Shown: one piece after another, positions 36,936 to 63,883 of the stretch
Layout: each line of letters opens with the position of its first letter
Position numbering within the stretch: the first letter of the stretch is position 1
NCBI RefSeq assembly: GCF_009914755.1
Contig: NC_060938.1
Source of the DNA: the human T2T-CHM13v2.0 reference genome, Homo sapiens
Length of the DNA stretch: 64,000 bases
Direction: 5' to 3' (one strand)
Notes under the pieces: generated by a model
The model's input: the letters and a program-made list of their open reading frames with translations, nothing else
Told to the model about the DNA's origin: nothing
The model's database searches: none
Made by a program: the position numbers and the translations under genes

Positions 36936-37570
36936 TTGTTGATGCTCTGTAAGCACTGAAATGAGGAAACGAACAATAGGTGTGTCTTGTCTTTCAAAGT
37001 AGTGGTTTTGAAGTGTTCTGACCTCCTAGAAGGTCACTTCCTTGGGCCCATTAATTTTTGTTTGCCTTTTAAAGAAGCAGCCATACTCCTTTGCCCACTG
37101 CTTATGTGCAGAAACCAGAAGCAGGAGGAGTTAGGCAGAGAAAGAGAAAATTGGTGGTAGTGGGGGTGGGGGGAACCACTTTCAGAGGCCACAGGTCATG
37201 TTACCTGCTCAGTCCCACCCTCCATAGAATCTGACCCTATGACTCAATGATAGTACAGACTGACCAGCAGCTTAGAAGACAGAGCCCCTACCAGGCTGTT
37301 TAGATAATCAGGCCAGTTCTTCCCTGCTTATTCCTGATGGGAAAGAGGAGGAAAATTCTCAGAAACAACCTCAACTTTCAATTTGTTTGATTTGTGTTGA
37401 GCCTTTCATTGTGTTTTCTTAGCCGAGGGATCAAGAATGTTGTAATATACCCTCTTCCACACACACTCATAAACACACACACACACACCCCACTGCCCTT
37501 AACCCCTTCCTCCTTTGTTTTGCCCAATTGGCTCAGTCAATACCAGCTTCCTTCTCACCTCCTTTCTGGA

Positions 37571-37598
37571 GTGTGTGTGTGTGTGTGTGTGTGTGTGT
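37571..37598 (+). repeat. (GT)14 microsatellite
   Basis: Read directly. Confidence 0.9.
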
Positions 37599-38528
37599 TT
37601 CTTGTTTGGGGTATATAACCACAGCCAGGGACAAAAAATGGAATGATTCCTGATCCACGCTGTGGATTTGGTTTCACTCAGCAGTAAAATTCTTTCTGCA
37701 GACCAGGAGTTCTTGGGTTTAAAATCACAAGGGTCCATCTCCCATGTCATTGGGTTATTTGTAATTTATACATTAGGGGAGAAAGTAGTCTGTTCATAGT
37801 AATGATAGCTTGGGGAATTCAGTATATGAGCCAAACAGAGGACAACTGAACTAAAAAAGAATGTCTCTTGTCTATGTGATACCTCACAGACTTTTTTTCT
37901 TAAAAAAAAGCAGGTCCCTAAAGAACATTTTACTCCCTTCTCTTGGGGTTTGTAGATATAGTTATTTCCAGCTCTGCCTGGTAGGTCAATACAGTATTTG
38001 CAAGCGAAATGGTGACATCAAGACATGTTCATGCCCAACTAATGATAATACTTTCTCTGAAACTCTAGAATTCTGAAATTATTTGTGTCTTAAAGTGACT
38101 CCTGTTGACTCTGAGATGGCAACATAAGTTTTTGATAATGTTATCCACATTCTGGTTTAAGTTGTGGCCATTCTTTTTTTTTTTTTTTTTTCCAAAACCC
38201 TCAGAAAGTAGCTTTCCAAGTTAAACTAGACTAGGGTGATCAAGTGAATGTTTGACTTGAAATAATTTTTAAAATAACTTGTTCACCATTCAAGTCTTTT
38301 CATAAAGGAGAGCAGAGGCAGAGTGAGTTGCTTTTCAAAGCTCTCTCCTTGGCAGCGGTATTCTGGCACTTCTGATGAAAGGTGGATATTGAATATGTGT
38401 GGCGAATGCATACCACTCCATATTTCAGGGAAATTCCTTACTGAATATTTTTTGCTTACAAAGCTGGAGTCACCGGGAAATCTTGCTCCTTGGATCTCTG
38501 TTGGTACTGACCTGGGTCTCCCAACCTA

Positions 38529-38891
<363 letters not shown>

Positions 38892-40289
38892 TCAAATGTC
38901 TGCATGCTAAAGCGTAAAGCAGAAGGAGCTAGCATGGTAGCACTCCACCAGTCCAGTTGTTCTAGAAAATGGAGCAAATGGACTTGGAATAAAACCGTGA
39001 AGGGCTAGCCCAGAAGCGAGGGAAAAGGAAAGGACCATCTCCACATGCTCTGCAAATGGTCACTATGCTCCTGGGAGGTGGGCCCTGTTGCTGTCACCTG
39101 TTACAGTGAGGACATCAAGGTCAGGCAAGGGGTTGTTACCTGCCCAGGTCTTTCAACTGAGGCCTGGATGTGAACTCAGTTCTGTTCATCTTCAAAAGCC
39201 ACCCTCTTACATCCTACCATACCAATTCTTGTAAAATAAGTGAAATGCCTCAAGCTGGAAAGCAAGACCTTTTGTTCCCTGGCACCAAATGACCTTTTCT
39301 GCCCTCCCTCCCACCACCTTCCTTGGGACTTGGGACACTGGCCACGTGGGGAGCTTCTTCGGCTCCATCCTGCTCACTCTCTGTGCCTTGGCCGGCTCTG
39401 TCCTCTCCTGCTCCATTACCTTTCTCTGCTGGCTCTGCATGTCCAGACCTGGCTTCCCCATCCAGCCATGTGGACGTGGCCTTTCCCACTCTGAAGACCT
39501 AGAGATAATTGTTGGGACCTGTCTGTGCTCCAGAACAAGTCTGCTTGGAGTCAGAAGTGTCTGACCTGGGACCACACAAGTATGCCCAAATCAGCACCTG
39601 ACTCAGCTCCGTGTCTCCCACCAGCTGACCACAGGCCTTGGCCCAGTGAGTGTGCTAAGTAACTCTTTGTTTAAAGGAAGAATACATTGTCACCTTGCCT
39701 TCTTACCTCCCATCCCCATCTCTTTGCTTCAAGAGCTCCCCAAGTTCCAGGCCAGAGACCATTAGCAGGAGAGTCTAATTACATTAAGTGGGTACTCTCC
39801 TGAAATAGATAAAGGAGGAGTTAGGGAGAAGGTCTGTCTATCTGTCAGCCCAGGCAGCTCCCCTAGAAGCTGGCTGGAATCCTTGGGCAGCCAATGTGAG
39901 CACAGGAGTGGGTCAGCCTGCAGGGAACACCTGTGTCTCTTCAGTCACACCTGTGTACACAGGCGGGCCGACCGTCACCTTTGAACCTGAGCACTGACAC
40001 ACCCCAATGGACCGTCCCTTAGTCCTCTGGGTAGGTCTTGAGGGAAGAAAGCTTGAGAATTGAGTCAACATTGGAGCCGTCACTGGAGTCTTCCTTTTCT
40101 CATCTGTAAAATGGGAGAGTAATCAGGAAACAAACTGCATGTTCTCTCTTGGCTCAGACACACCTGCCACCCATCAGCATTTAATTCGAGTGTCCCATTT
40201 CCCACTGAGGGGCAGAAATGTCAGTCACTTGGACCAAGGCCCTGGACACAACTGATTTCTCACTGTGCTTTTCTTTTGGCCTTGACTAG

Positions 40290-40540
<251 letters not shown>

Positions 40541-41617
40541 TGATCTGCCCACCTCGGCCTCCCAAAGTGGTGGGATTACAGGTGTGAGCCACTGCGCCTG
40601 GCTGAAAAAGTCTGAAGCAGTGGCATGTATTATTAGCAGGCCCTCCTCCACCTTTTGGGTGTGCTTTGAGATCATGGTTACTATCCCTGCCCCTACATGG
40701 GGACAAAGCCAGTAAAAGAAAGATCATTGCTTGGCTCAGCCAGAAGAACGATCCCAGAGGTGGAGCTGACAGCATCATGTCCAGTGCCGGCAGAGCTCAG
40801 CAACTTCTGTCTGATTCCAAAGCTTCCAATGCCCAGGCAGCAGCTCTGGAGAGGAGCCTGTGCTGTTTCCCTGTGGGTGGTGTCCTGGCTAAAATCCAGG
40901 CTTTGTTGCTAGACCAACTTCCCCCTCTGATGCTTTGGAGGGGTCTGAGCTGGAGCCAGCCTCTGAGCCTCAGGCTTCTCTTCTGTAAAATCAGAGGCAT
41001 GACCCTCTTCTCAAGGCAGCGAGAGATCCCTGAGCTGGGCATGAAGGGTGCACAGTAGGCACTCCTCAAATGCCTACAGCAATTGTTACAAGTGTGAAGT
41101 CCTTAGCAAGTTAAGGGATTTTTTTTCTCTATTAAGGCCCCCAGCTCTCCCACACAAACATTTGAAGGAAGTTATTCATTAAGGGACTACAAAGCCTGGC
41201 TATCTGGAGCCACTTAGAGATAGATGCCAGAGCCTGCTATCTGCATAACAAAAGGCTCAAATCCCACCCCAGGGAATTTCCAAAGAAAATGGTGCTTCAC
41301 TTTGGAATCGCAATTCTCCACGACTTCATTTGATTCTCAGATTAGAGCAATAGGGGCTGGCTGGCAGGAACTAGGAAGTCTTACTGATGGGGAAACCAAG
41401 GGCCAGAGAAGCCCAGCGACACGCTTCAGATGTCAGAGCTGGACCAGGCATGGTGGTTTACGCCTATAATCCCAGCACTTTGGGAGTCTGAGGTAGGGGT
41501 ATCACTTGAGGCCAGGAGTTTGAGACCAGCCTGGCCAACATGGTGAGACCCTGTCTCTATTAAAAATAGAAAAATTAGTCGGGCATGATGACGCGCGCCT
41601 GTAATCCCAGCCACTCA

Positions 41618-41758
<141 letters not shown>

Positions 41759-42771
41759 TCAGAGCTGGAAGCCTTGTCACTTCCATTTGTTGCTAGGCCT
41801 CCGGGTAGCCCTGGGGCTCGTGGCCCCCGGAACCCCTTCAATGCAGCCTGATCTGCCTCTGCACAGACCTTTGCTCCTTCGAAAAGCAAGCCACTCCAAT
41901 TCTACTTTAGTAAGAACCAATGTAGCTTTCACTGTGAAGAGTCTAGAAGCTGAGAGTCCCTGTGCTGGGAGGGTGGGGTCCTCCCAAGGCAGAGGTCAGT
42001 CCTTAACCTATCTCTTCCTTCCCAGAAAGCCCAGGGCGAAGGGGCAGATATCAGATGGGACTTCAATTATAACTCCACACCCTCCCTCCCCTCCTCCCTA
42101 TCACCCACTGATGACCCATTTGGTTGCAGTATATGGTATTCATAGATTAATCCACTAAGGGTTAAGACTTAAGACCTCCTAAGTAAATCTGAGCTGGAAA
42201 CCCTTCTACTCTTAACATATGTAATATCTGTGGGAGGACATTCATGCAACATTGTTTGAAATTTTAAAACAAAATTGAAGCTGGGCTAGGTGGTGTGCGT
42301 CTCTAGTCCCAACTACTTGGGAGGCTGAGGTGGGAGAATGGTTTGAGCCCAGAAGTTCAAAGCTACAGCGAGCTATGACTGTGCCACCTCACTCTAGCCT
42401 GGGCAACAGAATGAGAATCCATCTCATAAATAAATAAATAAATAAATATTTTTTAAAAAATCAAAACAACCTAAATGTTCACCAGTAGGGTACTAATTAA
42501 ATAAGCCAGGGACGCTCTTGTAATGAATAAGCACACAGCCGTTGAAGATAATAAGGCAATCTTTTTTTTTTTTTCCCCTCTGGCTGTGTTCTTTTCTGAA
42601 AGGCCATCTTACAGGAACTGATGTAGAAAGATCTCCAAGACATATTGCTGAGGGACAAAGAGAAGTTACAGAACTCGAGCATAGTGTGATTACGTGTTCG
42701 CATGTGTGTCTGTGTGTGGGGGGTGTTTGTGTGTTTATATATAATTCACATATATATGACATACAGGTTCA

Positions 42772-43321
<550 letters not shown>

Positions 43322-43774
43322 TTATCTTTGCACAAAAACACCACATTCATGTTTTACTTGTGAAAAAAATTAGATATGCATGTAAACCTAAAAAGTATCT
43401 CCAAAATAAGAAACTCCTTTTCTTCTCTACACTGGTGGTGTTAGAGGGAAATAGCACTAGGGCCAAACAAATAACCTGGGATAAGGGACCCATGGGCCCA
43501 GTCCTCATTTCCTCAGCTAACACCTCATTATGGGCAAACATTGTCCTTGGAAATGAGTCCCACTTGCTAACGACTTGCTCCCCTGGGTTCCTGGGCAGCA
43601 GCTGGGGTGTGTGGAAGAGGGGAGGGTCCTGAGTGAACAAATTATAGGTTTAGGCTGGGCGGAGGGGGGGCCCACTCCTGTCATCTCAGCAATTTGGGAG
43701 GCTGAGGTGGGAGGATCGCTTGAGCCTTGGAGTTCAAAACCAGCCTAGGCAACACAGCGAGACCATATCTCCAC

Positions 43775-43775
<1 letters not shown>

Positions 43776-43822
<47 letters not shown>
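43776..43822 (+). repeat. (AAT)15 expanded from an Alu middle A-rich linker
   Basis: Read directly, lies between the Alu arms. Confidence 0.95.
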
Positions 43823-44037
43823 GCTGGGAATGGTGGTGCGTGCCTGCGGTCCCAGCTACTCAGGAGCCTGAGGTGGAAGGATCACTTGGACCTGAAGGTG
43901 GAAGCTGCAGTGAACCATGATTGCATCACTGCACTCCAGCCTGGGCAACAGAGCGAGACCCCAACTCATAAACAAACAAAACACACACATGCACACACAC
44001 AAGACCACATTAAAGATTTAATGTCTTTTTTTTTTAG

Positions 44038-44154
<117 letters not shown>

Positions 44155-45042
44155 TAAAGGCATGTGCCAACATGCGCCACCACACTCAGCTAATTTTTAT
44201 ATTTTTGGTAGAGATGGGGTCTCACTATGCTGGCCAGGCTGGTCTCGAACTCCTGACCTCATGATCTGCCTGCCTTGGCCTCCCAAAGTGCTAGGAGTTA
44301 TAGGCGTGAGGCACCGCACCTGGCCACATTAAAGTCTTAAGACTGGATTCAAGTCCCAAACTTTGCCCTTTGGGGGTGGCTTCTCATCTCTGGGATCCCC
44401 GTCTTTGCCTCGTGTTCCTCTCCATTCTTGAGAAATAAGTGGATTGTGTATGAGCATCATTATAATTACCTTTGTTCTTTGGTACCACCTAACAATGCCT
44501 GATACATTGTAGATGCTCAGTGGATATTTACAAAACGGAACTGAAAATAGTTCATAAGGAGTTAAAATAAAGATATTGTTATTTTAAAGCAAAAAATTAA
44601 TATTTTGGATGTTCAAATTCATATTTGCAGTGTATTCATTCAACTGGTATTTATCATTTTCCTTCTGTGTGCTGGGCACTCATGGGTGCTAGGAAAAAAA
44701 TGGTGAGTATGAAAACATCCCTGTCCTGGAGCTGACACACAAAAGAGGTTTTCAACAATATAAACTATTGCTAAGGAGGAAATAAAACAGTTGATCTTAG
44801 CTGCTTGGTGCAGTGGACAGGGATAGGAAATTATTGTCACAGTTTAAAGTGTTGCAGTGGACACAGCTCAAATGTCCAAGTCATTGGGAGTCACAGATTC
44901 ATAACCAAAAGGTAGATATCAAGTTTGACTTATACATTTATACACACACACATACATTGTGCTAAGACTTTTTCTAATAAGCCTGCTCTGTCTTTATCTA
45001 ACATTCTTGAGCAATGCAACTTTTTTGCTTTGTTTTTTTTGA

Positions 45043-45431
<389 letters not shown>

Positions 45432-46037
45432 TGAAGCAATCCTCCCACCTCAGTCTCCTCAGTAGCCGGGACTATGGTCACTTGGCTAATTTTGGGAACG
45501 TAACTTTGATGTCATGATATTTTGCACTGACAATCACACTCAGACAGACCTAAAGCTCACATTCCAGTTTCACCAATTCACAGCTATGCAATTTGGGTGA
45601 CTAGGGCAGGTGACCAGGGTTTCTGAGCCTCAGAGTTTATGATTGTAAGATTGCTTATTAGTACTGTTCTTGGGGTATGCACCTTAGTTACCTCTCCTCG
45701 GTGCATGACCCCAGTACACAGAAGGAATTCAACCAGTGGAAGCCATTCTGGCCCAGACTGGAAGGACAGCAAGACATCTGTACTCCTACACAGGCTGGTC
45801 ATTAAATGGGGGCTGGAGAGGCACTTCTGAGACTTAAGTCATTGTATGGATTCTCAATTTGATTCAGAAAATTAACCTAAGTCATCCTCAAGGAAAGAGG
45901 GGGAAAGATAAAGGGCACCTTGAAGGTATTTTGTTATCTATTTTAAACCGTTCTGTCTTTTCTTTTCTTTTCCTCTCTTCTCTTTTCTATCCTTTCCTTT
46001 CCTTTCTTTTTCTTTTCTTTTCTTTTTTTTCTTTTGA

Positions 46038-46310
<273 letters not shown>

Positions 46311-46977
46311 TAAAGCCCTTTTGACTTGCATAATTCCCATTTGCACATGAGAAAATGAGGTCCTGGGAGATTAAGTGATCGCTCAGAGTGTAAGGAAGTG
46401 GCAGAAGTAGTGTACAAACCCAAATCTGCCTGGCCCTACTCTGTGTTCTCTTCATGCAACACATAGCTAGGCAAGGAGGAGATGCAGTAGAATGGAAATT
46501 TCTAGCAAGGGCTTTCGAGTTAGCCAGCCTCTTGCTGTGTTAGCTTGGGCAATTTTCTTAACCTCCCTGATCTTCAGTTTTTGAATCTGTACTTCAGGGG
46601 TAACAATACTCCTGTCCACTTAGGTTGTTGTGAGGACTGAAGGAGCTAATTATAAATCACTTAGCAAGCATGATGGCTTGGAAGATGATGCTATGTCAAA
46701 AACTGTGGGCCTGATTCACAAACATTAGACTCTGACATTAGAGAAAAGTAACTTATGTTGCTTGTATCTTTTTATGTGCACAAAAATGATGTTCATAAAA
46801 ACTATTCTAAGCTGGGTGTGGTGGCTCATGCTTGTAACCCCAGCACTTCGGGGGGCTGAAGCAGGCGGATTGCTTGAGATCAGGAGTTCAAGACCAAACT
46901 GGGCAACACGGCGAAACCCCATTTCTACAAAAAACACAAAAATCAGCTGGATGTGGTGGTGTGAGCCTGTAGTCTCA

Positions 46978-47145
<168 letters not shown>

Positions 47146-48133
47146 CTAAGAATAAAGGTGCTAAATGACATATGTGTGCACAGACACATGAGAAATCTTA
47201 GCATGGTGCTTAGCAAGTGTTAAAGCAGAGGTTATGTGACTTGCAGGAGTGATGTGGCAAGCAGGTGAAATCAGGCTTTGAACTGATCAGGTGCCCGGCT
47301 CCTGGCTCTTGGACAGACATGCACAGCTGCCTTGCTGCCTTCTAGACCATTCTGGTTTCCAGCAGTGTTGCATCATGGGTTGCCTTAGGAGATAAGACAG
47401 CACTTTGCAAACTCCCTCAGGGGACACAATATTTGGCCATCATTGCAACTGCCCTTCCCCTTTGCAGCACTTGGGACGAAGTGGAGCACTTAGGAGACGT
47501 AGGACTGACCGTGGCAGTGGGATGTGGCCAAATCCCATTAGCTCTCCTCTCCAGAGAGGGTTGTGGCAGCGCTGGGGTGCCCAGGTAGCCCTAGAGAGCT
47601 GATGGGGCAGGCAGACAGCTAATCAGGCCACTGCATTGAGCTGGGAATCAGACCCAGCAAGGTTACTTCTGGCACTGGAAGAATGTGGTTGAAATGTGAA
47701 CAATACCCCCTATGCCTTTGGATGTAGGCAGCCCTCTATGGAGCTGCTGATGACCGGCTTCTGTGGCTGGGGTAATGACGGGGGCCAGAAGGCAACAGTG
47801 GGGGACAGGAAACGGAAAGGCTGCAGCCTCTGTTCAGGGCAAGTCCCTGAACATACCCGCTGGGTGAGTTGCCCTAGCCTTCCTACACCTCTTTGAAGAG
47901 GTTCCTGCTTGGGGGTTCCTATTCACCCACGCTGAGTAACTTGATGGCCCTGGCTCGGACATACTCTGTGTAAGGAACAAGCATTCTGGAGCACCCTGCG
48001 CAGTCTGGGCAACATGCTCTGTGGGCTAAAAGAGGCACCTTCCGGTGTGAATCGGGGTCCCAGCAGGGTCTGACGGCCATCCAGTACTGACCCATAGCCT
48101 GAGTAGCCATTTGCATTTCTTCCTCTTTCATAG

Positions 48134-48619
<486 letters not shown>

Positions 48620-48976
48620 TAAAAACATATCTGCTAGAGCCAAGGTAGAGGTACAACTGACAGCAGTGTGGGTGATAGCACGAAGCACAGGGCTACTTTT
48701 AGGGCAACAGTACAGGTTAAACTCAGGGGTTAGGTTTAGGTCTAGAGTGAGGTCAGATTTAAAGGTTAGAGTTAGGGGTCACTATTGGGAACTTAATGAG
48801 TATTAGAACTAGCTTGGATTGACCTTAAGGACTGTGCATCTCCCAGGATTTTGGTAGAGTAAAGAGTCAGCTCAGATTCAGTGCTTAGCATGGATCTTAT
48901 CAATTCTGAGAGACTTTTTTGTTGTTTGCATTTTAACATCTCTGATGTTGGGGTGGGTTTGACTTACACTTGATAG

Positions 48977-49252
<276 letters not shown>

Positions 49253-49994
49253 TAGTGATCCACCTGCCTCAGCCTCCCAAAGTGCTGGGATTACAGGTGT
49301 GAGCCACCATGCCCGGCCACATTTATTTTTGTATACATAAAATAAGGGTGCATCTTTATGATGGACAACATTTTTGGTTAGAAGGAATACATTATCTGGT
49401 TGCTGTTCCTGAGAACCTGTCTGCTGTGCACATGGTGTACACCATCAGCTTGGTCAGGCAAGTCACCTGCCCATTCCCGCTGGGCCTTGCCCATCATGAC
49501 TATGGCATGTGTTACATGGGGTTTTCTGCTCACTAAGCCAGTATTATTCTATCCTGCTCCAGTACCATTCTCCAGGAAAGGAACTGGTCTTCCTCATACC
49601 TCCATCCCCACCTGGCCATCCCCAGCGCAGTGCCAGGGGAGCTGATAGGAACCACGATGTCAGCAAAAGCTGCCATTTTTTGTGTACTTACCACAAACAA
49701 GACCATTGCCACAGGCATTTTTTTTCCCTCATTTAATTCTCAAAATAGCCGTCAGAGGCAGGTATTATGATTATCACCCCAATTTATAGGTGAAAAAACT
49801 GAGGCCCATAGAGCTTAAGGGATTTATTCAAGGTTCATTTTTTTGTACTGTTCTTGGGGTATCCTTAAAGGCAATTTTTTAAAAAAAAATGGTTTTATCA
49901 TGATATAATTCACATCCTATAAAGTTTACCTTTTTAAAGTGTATACTTCACTGGCTTTTAGTGTATTCACCAGATGGTGTGACCATCACCATGG

Positions 49995-50390
49995 CTATGG
50001 TATGAATGTCTGTGGCCCTGCAAAATCCGTATTGAAATTTAATCCCCAATGCAGTAGCATTAAGAGGTGGGGCCTGAGGAGAGATGAGATCATGAGGGCT
50101 TCACCCTCATGAATGGGATCAGTGCCCTTATAGGAGGGTTTGAGTTTGGTCCTTCTGCCCTCTCTGTCATATGAAGGCACAGTGTTCAGCCCTTCTGCCA
50201 TGTGGGGATACAACAAGAGGTACTGTCTGTGAAGCAGAGGGTGAGCCCTCACCATATACCAACCCTGGATCTGCTGGTGCTTGGATCTAGAACTTCCCAG
50301 GCCCCAGAACTGCAAGAAATACCTTTCTATTATTTATAAATTACCCAGTCTCTGGCATTTTGCTATAGCAGCCAGAACAAACCAAGATAG
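49995..50390 (+). mobile_element. MST-type MaLR solo LTR
   Basis: GCTATGGTATGAATGT...TGAAATTTAATCCCCAATG...GAGGTGGGGCC...TATAAATTACCCAGTCTCTGGCATTTTGCTATAGCAGC. Confidence 0.8.
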
Positions 50391-51340
50391 CCACTATCTA
50401 ATTTTAAAACAATTTTGACCAGGCATTCTGGTTCATGCCTGTAACCTCAGCACTTTGGGAGGCAGAAGTGAAAGGATCCTTTGAGGCCAGGAGTTCGAGA
50501 CCAGCCTGGCCAACATAGGGAGACCCTGTCTCCACAAATAATATAAAAAATTAGCTGGGCAGAGTGGCATGTGCCTGTGGTCCCAACTACTTGGGAGGCT
50601 GAGACAGGAGGATCACCTTAACCCCAGGAGGTGGAGGCTGCAGTGAGCTGTTACTACACAACTGCACTCCAGCCTGGGTGAAAGAGTGAGATCCTGTCTC
50701 AAAAAAAGAAATTTTCATCATCCCATAAATAAATTACAGTCACACTCCATTCTCACCTCCCCCCAGCCCGAGAAACACTAATCTATTTCCTATGTCTATG
50801 GATTTGCCTCTGGTGAACATTTTATATAAATGGAATCATATGTGACCTTTTGTGTTGCCTTCTTTAACGTTACAGAATGTTTTCAAGGTTCATCCATGTT
50901 TAGCATGTATTAGTACTTCTTTCCTTTTCATGGCTGAATAATATTTCATTATATGGATATGCTACATTTTGCTTATCCATCTATCAGTTGATGACATATG
51001 GATTGCTCCCATCTTTTTGCTATTATGAATGATGCTGCCATGAATGTTCATGAACAGGTTTTTGTGTGGATGTCTGTTTTCATTTCTCTTGGGTACCTAC
51101 CTGGGAATGGGATTACCAGGTCATGTGGTAACTATATTTAACCATTTGAGGAACTGTCAGATCATTTTCAAAGCAGATGCACCATTTTATATTCCGACAG
51201 CAATTGTATGGGGGTTCTAATTTCTCTGCATCCTCACCAACACATATTAGCCTTTCTTATTAATTTCAATCATCCTCATGGTATGATGTGACACCTTATT
51301 GTGATTTTGATTTGTTTGTCCTAATGACTAATGATGGTGA

Positions 51341-51529
<189 letters not shown>

Positions 51530-51612
51530 TGAGTAGCTGACTACAGGCACACGCCACCACACCCAGCTAATTTTTATATTTTTATTTTATTTTATTTTAT
51601 TTTATTTTTTGA

Positions 51613-51771
<159 letters not shown>

Positions 51772-51953
51772 TAGTGGAGATGGGGTTTCACCATATTGGC
51801 CAGGATGGTCTCCATCTCCTGACCTCATGATCCACCCACCTCGGCCTCCCAAAGTGCTGGGATTACAGGCTTGACCCACTGCACCCAGCCTTTACCCATT
51901 TTTAATTGGGTTATTGATATTTTTATGTTGAGTAGTAATTTCTTTTTTTATAA

Positions 51954-52097
<144 letters not shown>

Positions 52098-52517
52098 TAA
52101 GTCCCTTATGAGATATATGATTCGCAAACATTTTCTCTCTCACTGTCTTGACTATATCTATTGAAGCACAAAGGTTTTTAATTTTGTTTTTTTTTCTCTT
52201 TTTAAAAAAGTCAACTGATTATAGGCTTCAACAATTTTGATGAAGTCTAATTTCTGTATTTTTTCTTTTGTCACTTATGCATTTGGTATCATACGTAAGA
52301 AACCATTGTGTAATCCACAATCCCTGAAGAATATTTTTTCCCTTTTCTAGAATGCCATAATAAAGGAAATTATATAATAGGTGGCCTTTCGTATGGCTTC
52401 TTCTACTTAGCATGCTTTTGAGATTTATCCCTGCTATTCTGTGTGTTAGTAATTTTTTTTCCTTCTTATTGCTCAGTAGTATTCCATTGTGTGGATATTC
52501 CACAGTTTATTCATTTA

Positions 52518-52982
<465 letters not shown>

Positions 52983-53720
52983 TTATCCCTGAATTTTTTT
53001 TTTTTTTTGAAATAGAGTCTCACTCTGTCACCCACGCTGGAGTGCAGTGGCATGATCTTGGCTCACTGCATCACTGCAACCTTGCCTCCTTGCCTTCCAG
53101 GTTCAAGCGATTCTCATATCTCAGCCTCTCGAGTAGGTGGGATTATGGAGTTACGCTACCACACTCGGCTAATTTTTGCATTTTTTGTAGAGATGGGGTT
53201 TCACCATATCACACAGGTTGATCTTGAACTCCTGGCCTGAAGAGATCTGCCTACCTCGGCCTCCTTCAGTGCTGGGATTCTAGGCATGAGCTATCCTGCC
53301 CAGCCCAGATGTTTTTATTTCTCTTGGATAATCTTTTCTGGTAACCTAGAAGTGGAATTGCTGGTCGTCTGTCAACAGTACGTTTAACTTTGAGAGAAAC
53401 TGCCAAAAATTATTTCCAACGTGATTGTACCATCTTGCATTCCTCTGCATAATATATAATGTATGTTCTTTTCCCTTTATTTACCAGTTTTCAAACTAAT
53501 AAGCTGGTTCTTTTTTTTTTTTTTTTTCTTGAGAAGGAGTTTCACTCTTGTCCAGGCTGGAGGGCAATGGCGCGATTTCGGCTCACTGCAACCTCCGCCT
53601 CCTGGGTTCAAGCGATTCTCCTGCTTCAGCCTCCTGAGTAGCTGGGATTACAGGCATGTGCCACCACACTGGGCTAATTTTTGTATTTTTAGTAGAGATG
53701 AGGTTTCACCATGTTGGTCA

Positions 53721-54035
<315 letters not shown>

Positions 54036-54664
54036 TTAGCCAGGCATGATAGCATGTGCCTGTGGTCCCAGCTAGGGAGGCTGAGGTGGGTGGATCATTT
54101 GAGCCTGGTACGTTAAGGAGCCAGGAGTTCGAGGTTGTAGTGATATATATACATATCACTCACTGCAACCTCCGCCTCCAGGGTTCGAGCGATTCTCCTG
54201 CCTCAGTCTGCCGAGTAGCTCACAATAAGGTTCTTTCCTCTAATCCAGGATGCAAACTGGGATCTCATATTGTGTTTTGTTGTTACGTGTCCTTAGTCTC
54301 CTATCATCTGGAAAAATTTCTCAGCCTTCCTTCACTTCTTAAGATACTGGCATTTTTGAAGATTACAGAGCACCTGTTTTATAGAGTACCCCACCATCTG
54401 GATGTGTCTGATTACTTCTTCATTATTACATTCAGGCTTAAAAGGTTTCGCAAATATGAGACCTAAATGATGCTTTTGGCTCCCACTGTACCCTATAACA
54501 GGGCTCACAGTGTCAGTGGTCCCATCCTGGTGGAGGTAACTGTGATCACTGATTGAGGTAGTGTCTACCAGTTTTCTCCCTTTGAATTATTAAGAATTGT
54601 TTGGTCTCCTTTTGTAATTCATCACTAATCCCTAGCTCAAGTAATAAGTAATCCATAGCTCAAA

Positions 54665-54815
54665 AATTAGATATTTTTATTCTTTTTTTATATTAAATTT
54701 TTGAAATCTGGGGCATGCATTACATTGAGAGCACACTTTGATTTGTAGCAGCCATGCTTCAAATCCTCAGGAGCCACATGTGGCTGGCCACCACCATGTA
54801 AGACATTGTCACAGC
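54665..54815. mobile_element. MER3/MER33-like hAT fragment
   Basis: GAGCCACATGTGGCTGGCCACCACCAT terminal motif. Confidence 0.5.
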
Positions 54816-55199
54816 ATTAGACCATGAAACAAGACGACAGTGTGGGGGTTCAAATCACAGCCCCATTACTTATTAGGTTTGTTAACTTTGGGTAAATCAT
54901 TGAATCTCTTTAAGCCTTAATGCTTCCTAAATTGTAAAATGGGGTTTGACAAGGGAACCTATCTATCTCTTAGAGTTGTTTAGAAGATAAAAGGTAATCA
55001 ACTGTGTAAAGTGCTTTATGAAGTGTTTGTTCGTTCATCCATTCAACAAGGAGGGCTTGCCACACTCTGGGTGGAGCTGAGCAGGGAACAAGCCCTCCAC
55101 TCAAGCATTCTATTTATACTGAGCAAACTACTGATCAAGTATAAAGTAAGACAAATGCTGGCAGTGCCATGCTTGTGATAAATACATTGAAGATGCTGA

Positions 55200-59350
<4,151 letters not shown>

Positions 59351-59490
59351 GAACTTTCAGGTTCTTATCAAATTAGAAGAGCTGAACCTGAGACATCCAT
59401 ATTGAGCTCTGGATTCTCTTAACAGGCAAGCAATGAAAAAAAAAAAAAGCATAGAAAAAGCACAAAATAAAATGATATAGACAAGTCCAA

Positions 59491-61571
<2,081 letters not shown>

Positions 61572-61584
61572 CTGTACTACCCCA

Positions 61585-63880
<2,296 letters not shown>

Positions 63881-63883
63881 GTC

